DNA of 64,000 bases from Armatimonadota bacterium (GCA_013314775.1 JABUFB010000003.1:106622-170621); one strand, 5' to 3'; positions 35,495 to 46,246 are shown, numbered from the stretch's first letter. Notes: generated by a model not told the origin, from the letters alone. Translations and numbers: made by a program.

Positions 35495-37354
35495 ATGATC
35501 ACGCCACCAATGGCCGGGCTGTGCATAGTGCTGGCCCTGACTACTATTGCGGCCGTGGCCGATCCAGCCGCGGAGGACACCGCCGTGCGCCGATTCCACG
35601 CGCGTGACTACGGAGCCTTGCCGGGTGCTTATGCCGATGCGGGACCAGGGATCGGCGCCGCTATCGCGGCTGCGATTGACTGCGGGCAGCCCGCCGAAGT
35701 CGTGCTCGAAGCGGGCACATATCGCCTGGGGAGGCCCCCTGCCGGCGACCATGCCGTCAGGATTGCGAACGCCCGGGACCTCACCATCCGGGGCAGCGAT
35801 CCGGGCACTGAACTCATCATCACGGACCCGGAGACTGGCGGCTTCAGCCTGTCCGGCTGCCTGCGCACGACAGTGCGAAACCTCACCCTCGACTATGACC
35901 CGCCGCCTTTCGCCCAGGGGACGATCACGGCGGTTGACCTGGACGCGCAGACCTACGACCTGCAGGTGGACGAAGGTTTCATCGAGCCTGACCACGCGGC
36001 TTTCCAGAATGCGAAGGCGGTCTGGGGGCTGGTGGTGCGGCCCTTGGAGGGCACCGGCGATACGCGCTTCGGGCCCACGGCGATCCCGGCGGTCATCGAC
36101 AGCAAGATCGGGCCGCGGCACTGGCGCATGAAGATCGGCGGCCCTCCCACCGGATACCCTGAACCCCTGCGCAATTCGGGCATGAAGCCCGGAGACCGCT
36201 TCGTCCACGCCGCGCGGAACTACACGGCAGCTTTCGGGGCCAGCCATTGCGATGACCTGATCTTCGAGAACCTGACACTCCACAGTTCGCCCGGACTGGC
36301 ATTCCTGCCATACCTTTGCGGCAAGGTGACCATCCGCAATTGCCACGTCCTGCGTCGCGAGGGCTCCGGGAGGATGCTGTCCACCAATGCTGACGGGGTC
36401 CACTGCCGGGGTTGCCGGAAGGGCATCACCATTGACGGCTGCAGCTTCGAGGGCATGGCCGACGACGGCATCAACATCCACAGTTCCGCGATCCCGGTGC
36501 TGGAGGTCATTTCGCCCGCGGAACTGGTGCTGCAGCGGTCTCATTACACGCTGCTCGTGGGGGACCTTCTGGAGGGCATGGACGTGGATACCGCCAGCGT
36601 GCTGGGGCAGGCAAGGGTGCTTTCGGTTGCGGAGTTACCCGACCGCTGGGCTTACCGTGTTGCTCTCGACGCCCCGATTGATGGCCTGCGCGCGGGAGCG
36701 AGTGTGGAGGATGCCGATTGCCTGTACAATCTGTCTGAAAGCGGCACAGGTTCGGTCATCACCGACTGCCATTTCCGCTGCTTCCGGGGGAGAGGGATAC
36801 TGCTCAGCGCCACCGGGGTGAGGGTCTCCGGGAACCTGTTCGAGGTGATGGAGGGCTGGGGCATCTCGCTCAACCACGAGAGCACCCGCTGGGCCGAAGG
36901 CCCCCTGGCGCGGGATATTGAGATCATCGGGAACACCTTCAACGGCAAAGGTGGCTACATGCCCGCGATCTTCCTGTACTCGCAGCAGCGCGACGGGAAG
37001 CTCTCCAGCGCCCGCGCGATCCACAACCTGCTCATCCAGGGCAATCTTTTCCGGGACCTGGGCACTCCGGCCATTGAGCTGCGAGCCTGCCGTGGAGTGC
37101 GGATCATCGACAACCGCATCGAGACTGGCGAGGACACGCGGCGGCCCCGGGCGAAATATGATTCCATTCTCGTGGACAATTGCGCAGAGGTGGCGATACG
37201 GGGGCTGAAGGTGCGTGACCTCGACCCGCGCCATCTTTCGGCGATCGCGATAACCGCAGCCACGGACCCGGGCGATGCGGGCGTGGTGATAGAGGGCCTG
37301 GACACCGAGATCGCGCTGTCATCGACCCCGGTTAGGGACCAGCGCGGCGAGTGA
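35495..37354 (+). CDS. secreted right-handed parallel beta-helix protein (pectin-lyase fold; hydrolase or lyase)
   Basis: In frame with ORF 35405..37354; start set at ATG 35495 before the hydrophobic segment. Periodic beta-helix rungs (ITIDGCSFEG, VITDCHFRCF, LIQGNLFRDL, RIIDNRIETG). Confidence 0.65.
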   Translation: MITPPMAGLCIVLALTTIAAVADPAAEDTAVRRFHARDYGALPGAYADAGPGIGAAIAAAIDCGQPAEVVLEAGTYRLGRPPAGDHAVRIANARDLTIRGSDPGTELIITDPETGGFSLSGCLRTTVRNLTLDYDPPPFAQGTITAVDLDAQTYDLQVDEGFIEPDHAAFQNAKAVWGLVVRPLEGTGDTRFGPTAIPAVIDSKIGPRHWRMKIGGPPTGYPEPLRNSGMKPGDRFVHAARNYTAAFGASHCDDLIFENLTLHSSPGLAFLPYLCGKVTIRNCHVLRREGSGRMLSTNADGVHCRGCRKGITIDGCSFEGMADDGINIHSSAIPVLEVISPAELVLQRSHYTLLVGDLLEGMDVDTASVLGQARVLSVAELPDRWAYRVALDAPIDGLRAGASVEDADCLYNLSESGTGSVITDCHFRCFRGRGILLSATGVRVSGNLFEVMEGWGISLNHESTRWAEGPLARDIEIIGNTFNGKGGYMPAIFLYSQQRDGKLSSARAIHNLLIQGNLFRDLGTPAIELRACRGVRIIDNRIETGEDTRRPRAKYDSILVDNCAEVAIRGLKVRDLDPRHLSAIAITAATDPGDAGVVIEGLDTEIALSSTPVRDQRGE

Positions 37355-37381
37355 CAGCCCCGCGCAACCAGGAGGTTCGCC

Positions 37382-38194
37382 GTGTTCGAGTCATTCAGCG
37401 AGTGGCATCCGGTTGTACAGGCGCTCCTCGCGGGGCTGCTTACCTGGGGCCTTACCGCCTTTGGCGCCTCCGGAGTCTTCCTGGCGAAGCAGCCGAGTCG
37501 CAAGCTGCTGGACGGCATGCTGGCTTTCGCGGCGGGGGTGATGATTGCGGCAAGCTACTGGTCGCTGCTGTCGCCTGCCATCGAGATGGCCGCGGCCGGG
37601 CCACTGCCCTCGTGGCTTCCGCCTGCCGTCGGCTTCCTGCTTGGAGGCGCTGTACTGTACGGTGTAGACAAGCTCCTGCCCCACGTGCACCCAGGGCTCG
37701 CGACACAGGACGCTGAGGGCATACACACGACCTGGCGGCGCACGACGCTGCTCATCCTCGCCATCACCCTGCATAACATTCCCGAAGGCCTCGCAGTCGG
37801 CGTTGCCTTCGGAGCAGCGGCGGCAGGGCTTCCCGAAGCCAGCCTCACCGGCGCTACGGCTCTTGCTCTCGGTATCGGCATCCAGAACTGCCCCGAGGGC
37901 CTTGCGGTGTCCATGCCGCTGCGTCGCGAGGGCATCTCACGCCGACTCAGTTTCTTCTATGGACAGCTCTCCGCGGTTGTGGAGCCGGTCTCAGCGGTCA
38001 TCGGTGCGGCCATCGTGCTTGTGGCCCAGGCGATCCTGCCCTACGCACTGGCCTTCGCGGCCGGGGCGATGATCTTCGTGGTCGTGGAGGAGCTGATCCC
38101 GGAGTCCCAGAACGGTGGGTATCGAGACGTGGCCACCGGCGGCGTGATGATCGGATTCGTGGTGATGATGATCCTGGACGTGGCGCTGGGGTAG
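37382..38194 (+). CDS. zupT: ZIP-family zinc transporter ZupT
   Basis: ORF track (GTG start, RBS AGGAGG). [10 protein letters not shown] and [10 protein letters not shown] metal-binding motifs. Confidence 0.85.
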   Translation: MFESFSEWHPVVQALLAGLLTWGLTAFGASGVFLAKQPSRKLLDGMLAFAAGVMIAASYWSLLSPAIEMAAAGPLPSWLPPAVGFLLGGAVLYGVDKLLPHVHPGLATQDAEGIHTTWRRTTLLILAITLHNIPEGLAVGVAFGAAAAGLPEASLTGATALALGIGIQNCPEGLAVSMPLRREGISRRLSFFYGQLSAVVEPVSAVIGAAIVLVAQAILPYALAFAAGAMIFVVVEELIPESQNGGYRDVATGGVMIGFVVMMILDVALG

Positions 38195-38230
38195 GGAAGG
38201 CAAACTCCGGGGGACGGGAGAGAGTGAGCC

Positions 38231-39319
38231 ATGAGGATTCAGCGGATCGAGACCTATACAAGCGGAGCCATCAGCGTGGTCCGCGTGGTTACGGAGGACG
38301 GCTCTGAAGGCTTCGGGCAAATGGCGCCCTTCAACGCGGACATATCTGCACTGGTGTTCCACCGGCAGGTCGCTCCCGTCGCGCTGGGAGCGAATGCCCT
38401 CGAGATCGACGCCCTTGCAGCGCGGGTCATGGAGGCGAACTACAAGTTCCCGGGCAGCTACGTGCGCCGCTCCTTCTCGGGCCTGGACACGGCCCTGTGG
38501 GACCTGCGTGGAAAGCTGGAAGACAAGCCTGTCTGCGAGCTGCTCGGGGGAACTCCCGGGCCGGTGCCCGTGTACGGGTCCAGCATGCGCCGGGATATTT
38601 CGCCGGAACACGAAGCCGCGCGCATGGCGCGGTTACGCGACGACCAGGGCTTCCGCGCCTTCAAGCTGCGCATCGGCAAGGTCAATGGGCACAATCAGGA
38701 CGAGTGGCCGGGCCGGACCGAAGCCCTGGTTCCCACCGTGCGCAGGGTCGTTGGCGACCGCGTTGCGCTGCTCGTGGACGCCAATGGCTGCTACACCGCG
38801 CAGAGAGCCATCGAAGTCGGGTACATGCTGGAGGCGAACGGGGTCGTGCACTTCGAGGAGCCTTGCCCTTACTGGGAGTACGAGTGGACGGCACAGGTCG
38901 CCGAGTCCCTGCAGGTTCCCGTGGCGGGTGGCGAGCAAGACTGTTTCCTGCACCAGTGGCGGCGGATGATCGCCATGCGCGCGGTGGACATCGCCCAGCC
39001 GGACGTGTGCTATGTGGGCGGCGTCGCGCGGCTCATGCAGGTGGCGCGTATGGCGGCTGACGCCGGGCTGGTGTGCGTGCCCCATGCGGCGAACCGTTCC
39101 ATGCTGCAGGTCTTCACCATGCACTGCTTGCGGGCGATGCCCAATGCCGGCCCATTTATGGAATACTCCATCGAGCCGCAGGACTCGATGACGGGCATCT
39201 ATGACCCCATGCCCCGGGCGTACGGCGGCGAAGCAGAGTTCCCGGAGGGACCGGGCTGGGGCATCACGGTTCGGCCGGAATGGCTGGAGGCGGCTGACCG
39301 GCAGGTGTCGGAGGCGTGA
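38231..39319 (+). CDS. enolase-superfamily enzyme (mandelate racemase / muconate lactonizing family; sugar-acid dehydratase-like)
   Basis: ORF track. N-terminal capping domain then barrel with FKLRIGK, LLVDANGCY, FEEPC, AGGEQD. Confidence 0.8.
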   Translation: MRIQRIETYTSGAISVVRVVTEDGSEGFGQMAPFNADISALVFHRQVAPVALGANALEIDALAARVMEANYKFPGSYVRRSFSGLDTALWDLRGKLEDKPVCELLGGTPGPVPVYGSSMRRDISPEHEAARMARLRDDQGFRAFKLRIGKVNGHNQDEWPGRTEALVPTVRRVVGDRVALLVDANGCYTAQRAIEVGYMLEANGVVHFEEPCPYWEYEWTAQVAESLQVPVAGGEQDCFLHQWRRMIAMRAVDIAQPDVCYVGGVARLMQVARMAADAGLVCVPHAANRSMLQVFTMHCLRAMPNAGPFMEYSIEPQDSMTGIYDPMPRAYGGEAEFPEGPGWGITVRPEWLEAADRQVSEA

Positions 39320-39334
39320 CCGCCACCCTCCCGC

Positions 39335-40082
39335 GGCGGGCTCGCGTAAGCCGACCGTCCCGGTCGGCGGGTGTCATTGGAGTCGAGCGGGACGCTCGAC
39401 CTTCGCGTCCCTAAGGACGCCTGGCCGAAGGCCCCTAGCCCCGTGCTTCAGCGCGGGGCATCAATTCGGGGCACCGACTCAACCCGGGGCATCAACCCGG
39501 GGCGTCTGCCGCCCCCTTCGGGGGCTCTTATGATCTCGAAGGAGGGGCCTGATTCCACCAGCTTACGCTGGTGGCAAGAGGCTGACGCCCCTGCGGGGCT
39601 GGACGGCGAACGGCGAACGGCCTGTCGAGCGGGACGCTCGACCTTCGCGTCCCTCAGGACGCCTGGCCGCAGGCCCCTAGCCCCGGGTTTCAGCGCGGGG
39701 CGTCGATCCGGGGCATCGACGTCGCGTCCGGCAGGACGCCCGGCCGAAGGCCCCTAGCCCCGTGCTTCAGCGCGGGGCGTCGATCCGGGGCGCCTGCCGC
39801 CTCCTTCGGGGGCTCTTATGATCTCGAAGGAGGGGCCTGATTCCACCAGCTCACGCTGGTGGCAAAGGGCTTCCGCCCCTTCGGGGCTGGACGGCGAACG
39901 GCGAACGGCCTGTCGAGCGGGACGCTCCGCCTTCGCGTCCCTCAGGACGCCTGGCCGCAGGCCCCTAGCCCCGGGTTTCAACCCGGGGCGTCAACCCGGG
40001 GCATCGACGTCGCGTCCGGCAGGACGCCCGGCCGCAGGCCCCTAGCCCCGGGTTTCAGCCCGGGGGCATCCCGGTCGGCGGC
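39335..40082. repeat. GC-rich multi-hairpin repeat array, locus 3 (inverted relative to locus 2)
   Basis: Same modules as locus 2 in reverse-complement orientation, e.g. ctgccgcccccttcgggggctcttatgatctcgaaggaggggcctgattccaccagcttacgctggtggcaagag; a ~230-bp block is internally duplicated. Confidence 0.8.
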
Positions 40083-40086
40083 TGCG

Positions 40087-43000
40087 CTACGGCACCAACC
40101 GCACCGTTCCGTGCAGCCGGCCCTGAAGGTCCAGGCTCACCACCGGGCCGTCCACGGTCGCCGAGTTGGTCTCCCGCGACTGCTCCAGCAGGTTGCACGA
40201 CTCCGCCCGGCTGAAGGGCAGGTTGCAGGTGATCCGCGCCGTTCCTCCCACCCCTGCCGAGTTGTAGACTCGCGCGATGAACCCGTTCCCGTCTTCAGCG
40301 AGCTTGAAGGCTGACAGGATCATCTCCGCCGGCTCCACCCGGACGAAGGAGTAGGCAGACGGGAGCGTCCCGGGATGGGAGTCCACCACCCGCGCGATGG
40401 GCGGCTGGTTGAACTCCAGGGCGCGCCGGGGGACTTCCCCGTGACGCCAGTCGCCCTGGTGGGGCATGATCGCGAAGCGGATGCGATGGGTCCCCAGGTC
40501 AGGCATGGGGTCCGGGTCATACGAGGCGCGCAAAAGGGACATGCGCATGACATTGCCCTTGACGTCGAACCCATACTTGCAGTCATTGAGCAGCGCCAGG
40601 CCCCAGTTGGTCTCGTAAGTCACGCTCTCGGTGAAGGCGAAGCCGAAAAGGTGGAGGTTTGGCTCTTTGGGCAGGACAATGCCCTTGACCGGTCTTGAGG
40701 GGTCCAAAGGAATGCGCTGGAGCCAGATGTGAACGGGGGGTTCGGCCCTGCGACCGTCCGCGTAGCGGTGGTCGAGCCGGAAGGCCGTGGTCTCCCGTGA
40801 GCCGGGCCCGAAGCACCAGTCGCTGAACTCCAGCACTGCCGGCGCGCGGGTCCCGTCCTCGTACAGGAGCGTTGCCGGGCCACCGTGCCGGCCGTTGGAG
40901 CTTGCCCCGAACACTCCCAGCGCGGGCGCGGATTCCGCGGGCCACTCGATAGTCTGCCCCTCTGCGCGGATGGAGTTGAGCGCGCCCTTCTCAACCGGCG
41001 GCACAATCAATGGGACGCCGTCCGCCCGGGCATCTCCGGTGGGGAGGATCTCCGCCGGGTATGAGCGGTTCCCGTTGTCGAAGTCCCCGTCATTGGTGTC
41101 ATCGGTCCCGGCGAACACGTCCTCATTGAAGAACCGGGACACATCGATGGCCTTTGCGTCGCGCCCGCCTTCGGGGACCACGCGCCTTGCCTGCGCGAGG
41201 TCGATCCACTTCTGTGCGGGGACCTCGTGGCCGTCTGCGGCGCGCTCGATGCTGCCCCAGGGGATTTCGAAAGTTGCCCGGGGACTGTCCACGCTGGTCT
41301 TGAAGGCGGCTTTCAGGAAGGGTCCGCCATCCCGGGCATTGCCAAGTTCCCGCCAGTCCGCAAGCATGTCGAACTCCACGCGCTGCAGAGATTCGTACAT
41401 CGAGACCTGCACGTCGAAGGTGGACTGACCGTAGGCGTAGGATGCGACGAAGCGAGTGCACACATCCCCCTTTGACTCCAGCCGCACGTCCTTGAGCTCC
41501 AGCGTCTCAGTCTTCGTGATCGGCCCTATATTCCACGCCGACATACCGTGCGGGGCCTCATGGAGCATCTCCAGGAGGAATCGGGCGCTGATGTCGGGGC
41601 TGTGTCGGTGCTCCCAATTCATGGGGATTCCCTGAGCCTTCATGCTCGCCACTTGCTCGTCCGTGATGCTTTGTGTGCTCGGGTCGCTCCAGGGCTCCCG
41701 GACAGGCCCGGACGTGATGTGGAACACCGCGTAGCCCAGCGCCGGCAGGTCGGCGATGAACTCTACGGTGGTCGCGAAAGCCTCGCCGTCGGGTTTGGAG
41801 TTGATCACCTGCGCCGGAAGCGCCTTGCCTTCGGTGTCCGTCACGATGGCGCCGGGCCAGGGGCCCGGCGTGCGAAGCACCACCGCCACCCGGTCCTTGC
41901 GATCCCAGGCCACCGGGTTCCAGACCACCACCGCCTGCCCCTCTCCCCGGGTGTCGATCTGCGCGCAGAGGGCTTCCAGCGACTGGTCAATGGCGCTGTC
42001 CGCGACTTCACGCGTCTGCTCATACAGCTCTTTCGAATACTCATAGGACCCGTGTATAGCGCTGCCGGGGAGGATGTCGTGGAACTGGTTGAAGCACGTG
42101 TTGCGCCAGGCCCGGGTGAGACCCTCCCGCGGGTACTCCGGGCCCCATTTGGCGGCAATCGCTGACAGGGCTTCGGCAATGGGCAAAATGTTCTCGCTAT
42201 CCCGGTTCCAGCGCTTCACGTCCGAGTGGGTGGTGTAACAGCCCTCGAAGGTGAAGTTCAGTTCGTCCTTCACAATGGGCAAGTCACCCTTTGAGTGTTC
42301 CAGGGCCGCGGTGAAGTAGTCCTCGGTGGCCGCGAACTGGATGTTGGGAAAGAGCGGGTCCGCTTGCAGAGCCTTGGCGGCCTCAATGTCCTGGCGCGTG
42401 GGGCCGCCGCCGTGGTCGCCCACGCCGTAGACAATCATGCAGGCCGGGATGCCGACGCGGTCCTCAATCTCCAGGGGCACCACGCCCCGGTCGCGCCGGA
42501 ACTCCTCGTTGTACCAGCGGTGGTTGTATGCCAGGAGCCTGCCGCCGTCGGGGCCTTCCCACCAGAAGGTGGGCAGGCCCTTGCCCGCGCGGCAGAAGTA
42601 GAAGTGCTCATAGCCCGCGTCCGAGAAGATGCTGGGGACGGTCCAGGCGTGGCCGAAGTTGTCGGGCAGCCAAACCAGTCTGCTCTGCTGGCCGAAGCGG
42701 GATGTGTAGTAATGGTGAACGAGAAGACACTGACGCGCCAGGGCCTCCCCGGACGCCATGTTGGTGTCGCCCTCCACCCAGCTTGCCCCGGCGGGTTCCC
42801 ACTGCCCCCGCGCCACCGCCTCCTGGATGCGCGCGAAAAGCTCGGGGCATTCCTCCTCGATGGCAATGTATGCGCCCGGCTGGCTCTGTGTGAAACGGAA
42901 CTCGGGGTATTCGTCCATGAACTTCAGCGCCTGATCCCAGGTCAGACGGCAGACCGTCTTGGTCTCGGGCCACAGCCAGAGCCAGTTCATGTCGATGTGC

Positions 43001-43758
43001 GCGTGGCCCACGAGGAAAATGGTGTACTGCTTTGCCAGCTGCGAGAACGGCGTCAGTGCGGCGAGGCATTTGTCCAGGGACGCCTCGAAGGCCTTCGGAT
43101 CGCGCCGTGAGATGGCGTCGAAGTCGATCATGCCCGCAGCGGCGTCAAGGGTTCGCAGGTACTCGGCGCGCTTGTCGACCATGCGTTTGGAGTCGAGAAG
43201 GCGCTTGCAGAACTGAAGCCGCGCCGCCCACTCTCCGGCAGGTTCGCGGAAACTCTCCAGGGCCTCGTAGTCCAGCCGCGCCCAAAGGAGCCTGCCCGGA
43301 CCGCCCTGGTTGATGGCCCGGATCGCTACCACGATCTCCTGACCGGGCTGGGCGTCTTCCGTGAGCACCGCCCTGCCCTGGTCCCAGTGAAATCGACCCA
43401 CGTTCCTGCCGTTGACATAAAGGTCCATGTCGTCATCCACGGCGCAGGTGAGGACCAGTCGGGACCCCTCAACCGACACGCCGCCCACGGTCTGTGGGAT
43501 TACGACGCGCTTGCGGTACCAGGCGGACGTGTTCGGGAACTCCCACCCGTGCTCGGGGCGCACGACCTGCCAGGCGCTGTCGTCGAGATCGGGCGCTTCG
43601 CCGCCGGGCTGTGCGGGATGCGCGAATCGCCAGTCTCCTGCGTCGGTGACGCTGATGGCCTGCAAATTGGCCAGTACGCGATCCACGGACTGCTGCGCGA
43701 TACAGAGCGAAGCCGGCAAGGCGAAGCAGACAGCGAGCAGGGCGGCCAGGCGATGCAT
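40087..43758 (-). CDS. GH38 alpha-mannosidase
   Basis: In frame with ORF 40087..45051, trimmed to ATG 43758 (RBS GGAGGAG; signal peptide MHRLAALLAVCFALPASLCIA). GH38 motifs HAHIDMNWLW, LPDNFGH, NQFHDILPGS. Confidence 0.85.
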   Translation of the reverse strand: MHRLAALLAVCFALPASLCIAQQSVDRVLANLQAISVTDAGDWRFAHPAQPGGEAPDLDDSAWQVVRPEHGWEFPNTSAWYRKRVVIPQTVGGVSVEGSRLVLTCAVDDDMDLYVNGRNVGRFHWDQGRAVLTEDAQPGQEIVVAIRAINQGGPGRLLWARLDYEALESFREPAGEWAARLQFCKRLLDSKRMVDKRAEYLRTLDAAAGMIDFDAISRRDPKAFEASLDKCLAALTPFSQLAKQYTIFLVGHAHIDMNWLWLWPETKTVCRLTWDQALKFMDEYPEFRFTQSQPGAYIAIEEECPELFARIQEAVARGQWEPAGASWVEGDTNMASGEALARQCLLVHHYYTSRFGQQSRLVWLPDNFGHAWTVPSIFSDAGYEHFYFCRAGKGLPTFWWEGPDGGRLLAYNHRWYNEEFRRDRGVVPLEIEDRVGIPACMIVYGVGDHGGGPTRQDIEAAKALQADPLFPNIQFAATEDYFTAALEHSKGDLPIVKDELNFTFEGCYTTHSDVKRWNRDSENILPIAEALSAIAAKWGPEYPREGLTRAWRNTCFNQFHDILPGSAIHGSYEYSKELYEQTREVADSAIDQSLEALCAQIDTRGEGQAVVVWNPVAWDRKDRVAVVLRTPGPWPGAIVTDTEGKALPAQVINSKPDGEAFATTVEFIADLPALGYAVFHITSGPVREPWSDPSTQSITDEQVASMKAQGIPMNWEHRHSPDISARFLLEMLHEAPHGMSAWNIGPITKTETLELKDVRLESKGDVCTRFVASYAYGQSTFDVQVSMYESLQRVEFDMLADWRELGNARDGGPFLKAAFKTSVDSPRATFEIPWGSIERAADGHEVPAQKWIDLAQARRVVPEGGRDAKAIDVSRFFNEDVFAGTDDTNDGDFDNGNRSYPAEILPTGDARADGVPLIVPPVEKGALNSIRAEGQTIEWPAESAPALGVFGASSNGRHGGPATLLYEDGTRAPAVLEFSDWCFGPGSRETTAFRLDHRYADGRRAEPPVHIWLQRIPLDPSRPVKGIVLPKEPNLHLFGFAFTESVTYETNWGLALLNDCKYGFDVKGNVMRMSLLRASYDPDPMPDLGTHRIRFAIMPHQGDWRHGEVPRRALEFNQPPIARVVDSHPGTLPSAYSFVRVEPAEMILSAFKLAEDGNGFIARVYNSAGVGGTARITCNLPFSRAESCNLLEQSRETNSATVDGPVVSLDLQGRLHGTVRLVP

Positions 43759-44008
43759 GGGAGCTCCTCCGGGTTGCGCGGGTTCAATGGCGCACAGAGT
43801 TGGATTCGGCACCCATCGCGGCTTTCCTGCGTGGTGGATCTTTGTGGCTCGGGCCGATCTTGCGCACATGCTGTGGGAATCGTTCCGTCGATGGGGTATG
43901 ATGGCCGGGTGACGATGGGTGGCGGTGCCGGCACCACGGCACACCAGGCGGAGTTTGGTGTGGCACCCACCCGTTGGCCAGCCAGGAGCATAGCAGGAGG
44001 CCCGTGCC

Positions 44009-44647
44009 TTGACCACTGACAGCCAGAACCGTTTCGACCGTGCCGCCGCAACCTGGGACCTCAATCCGCAACGTATCCAGCTTGCGATGACCACTGCGGA
44101 CGCCATCCGCGAGGCCGTGCCCGTCGGGCCGCATATGACCGCGCTTGAGATCGGCTGCGGTACCGGACTGGTGACGTATCCCCTCAGTGCGCATCTGAAG
44201 TCGATCCTCGCTGTGGACACGTCCGAGGAGATGCTGAAGATTCTCGGGGAGAAGATGGCCCAGCTGGGCGTCAGGAATGTGACGCCTCTCAAGGCGGATC
44301 TGACCCGAGACGACCTGCCCGACAGCGACTTCGACCTGATCTTCAGCGCCATGGCAATGCACCACATCCCGGACCCGGCCGGGATGATCCGGCGCGTAGC
44401 GGGACTGCTGAGACCTGGCGGCGCCCTTTGCATTGTGGACCTGGACTCCGAGGACGGAACCTTCCACGGGGACTCGGAGGCGGTGTACCACCATGGCTTC
44501 GGCGCTGAGGAGATGCAGGGGTTCTTCGCACAGGCGGGGCTGGTGGAGTTGAGGTCAGAGACGGTGCATGTCTTCGAACGCCCGGGCGCAGACGGTGTGT
44601 TACGGGAATACGGTGTGTTGATGACTGTGGGGAGAAAGGCGGGGTAG
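44009..44647 (+). CDS. class I SAM-dependent methyltransferase
   Basis: ORF track (TTG start, RBS AGGAGG). Motif I LEIGCGTGL; ALCIVDLD. Confidence 0.75.
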   Translation: MTTDSQNRFDRAAATWDLNPQRIQLAMTTADAIREAVPVGPHMTALEIGCGTGLVTYPLSAHLKSILAVDTSEEMLKILGEKMAQLGVRNVTPLKADLTRDDLPDSDFDLIFSAMAMHHIPDPAGMIRRVAGLLRPGGALCIVDLDSEDGTFHGDSEAVYHHGFGAEEMQGFFAQAGLVELRSETVHVFERPGADGVLREYGVLMTVGRKAG

Positions 44648-44794
44648 AGGAGCAATTGCAGGCAACGCCTGCGGATCCCGCCCGGAGCTTGGCCTTCGCC
44701 AAGACCGGTGGCGCCCCGGCCCCTGGAAGGTCTCGCGACCTGTGCCCGGAATATCCTGCCACCTGCACCTCGCCGTCCCCCGGAGGAAACTGCC

Positions 44795-46246
44795 TTGCGC
44801 GAAAAGTGGTGCATCATCCTCGTGCTCGCCTGTTTGACCTGCTCACGGGCCGCTGCTCCGGTGTATTTCGTGGATGCGGTCTCCGGCGATGACTCCAACT
44901 CCGGGCGTTCGCCGGCGGGGGCCTGGAAGACTCTCGCCCCGGTGAACGCGCTGCAACTGGAACCCGGCAGCCGGATACTCCTGCGCGCAGGCGGCGAATA
45001 CGAGGGCCCGCTGAACCTGACGGGTTCTGGCGCACTCGGCAGCCCGAACACCGTGGGGAGCTATGGCGAGGGACCGAAGCCCCATATCCTGCGGGGGCCG
45101 GGATCAGGGCCGGTGGTCTCGCTCTACAATGGCTCGCACTGGGAGATCGCCGACCTGGAGATCAGTGGCGGAACCATCGGCGTGTTCGCGTACATGAAGG
45201 AGTTCGGCATCGCCAGAAGCCTACACTTCCGGCGGCTGGACATCCACGACGTGCGCGGGAGCCTCACCGGTGATGACGGCGGGTTCCTGCTGAAGCGCGA
45301 GGGCGAGGAGACGTGGTTCGACGACCTGCTCATCGAGAACTGCACCATCGAACGCGTCGACAGAAACGGGATTCTGCTCACCGACTACCCCACCGCGAAG
45401 GATACCCATCACAGCACGGGGGTTGTGATCCGGGGCAATCACCTGCGGGACATCGGCGGCGACGGCATATTCATACTCGGCTGCGACGGCGCGGTGATCG
45501 AGCACAATGTGCTGCGCTACGCCCACCAGAGAGTTGGGCGCAGGCCGGGCGAGCGTGCCTGCGCAGGGATCTGGCCCCACCGCTGCAATGACACGCTGAT
45601 CCAGTTCAACGAGGTCAGCCACACTGCGGTCGGTGGCGTGACGGTCTGGGATAGCGAGGCCTTCGACGACGATGTGAGCTGTCGCGGCACGGTCTTTCAG
45701 TACAATTACAGCCACCACAACGCCGGGGGGTTCCTGCTCATGTGCGCGGGCTCCAGGGGCACCATTGTGCGTTACAATGTGAGCGAGAACGATGCGGTGG
45801 CCACCTTCACACTGGAGAGCGACGGGACCGGCGGGGCCACCATCCATAACAATACCATCTACGTGGGCCCGGAACTGTCGGTGACCCTCTTCCGCAACAC
45901 CTCCGGCGCCCCGGATACCCTGCGGTTTGTGAACAATATCGTCCACGCAGACGGCCAGATGGTGCACAGTCCGCGGGGCATCACCGGGATTACCTGCAGC
46001 AACAATGCGTGGTTCGGGAACATACGGAACCGGCCAGAGGACCCCGCGGCGATCCTGTCCGAGCCAGGGCTGATCGCGCCGGGCACAGGCGGCGAGGGTT
46101 TTGGGACCATCGGCGGGTACCGGCTTGTCCCGGACTCTCCTTGCCGGGGAGCAGGCACTGCTGTGCCGGGTGATCCGGGCATTGACCTGTTTGGCAATGC
46201 CCGACCCGACGGCGGAGGGCCTTGGGTCGGCGCATGTCACGGCTGA
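44795..46246 (+). CDS. secreted right-handed beta-helix repeat protein
   Basis: In frame with ORF 44708..46246; start set at TTG 44795 after RBS GGAGG. Repeated rungs (IENCTIERVD, VIRGNHLRDIGGDGIF, IEHNVLRYA, IHNNTIYVG). Confidence 0.65.
   Translation: MREKWCIILVLACLTCSRAAAPVYFVDAVSGDDSNSGRSPAGAWKTLAPVNALQLEPGSRILLRAGGEYEGPLNLTGSGALGSPNTVGSYGEGPKPHILRGPGSGPVVSLYNGSHWEIADLEISGGTIGVFAYMKEFGIARSLHFRRLDIHDVRGSLTGDDGGFLLKREGEETWFDDLLIENCTIERVDRNGILLTDYPTAKDTHHSTGVVIRGNHLRDIGGDGIFILGCDGAVIEHNVLRYAHQRVGRRPGERACAGIWPHRCNDTLIQFNEVSHTAVGGVTVWDSEAFDDDVSCRGTVFQYNYSHHNAGGFLLMCAGSRGTIVRYNVSENDAVATFTLESDGTGGATIHNNTIYVGPELSVTLFRNTSGAPDTLRFVNNIVHADGQMVHSPRGITGITCSNNAWFGNIRNRPEDPAAILSEPGLIAPGTGGEGFGTIGGYRLVPDSPCRGAGTAVPGDPGIDLFGNARPDGGGPWVGACHG

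Noticed and set aside
35306-36544. N-terminal 413 codons of ORF 31826..36544
   Set aside because: Antisense to the well-supported beta-helix gene; a signal peptide and start codon are present at 35305.
43759-45051. N-terminal 431 codons of ORF 40087..45051
   Set aside because: Overlaps the methyltransferase and beta-helix genes on the other strand; the GH38 signal peptide and RBS are at 43758.
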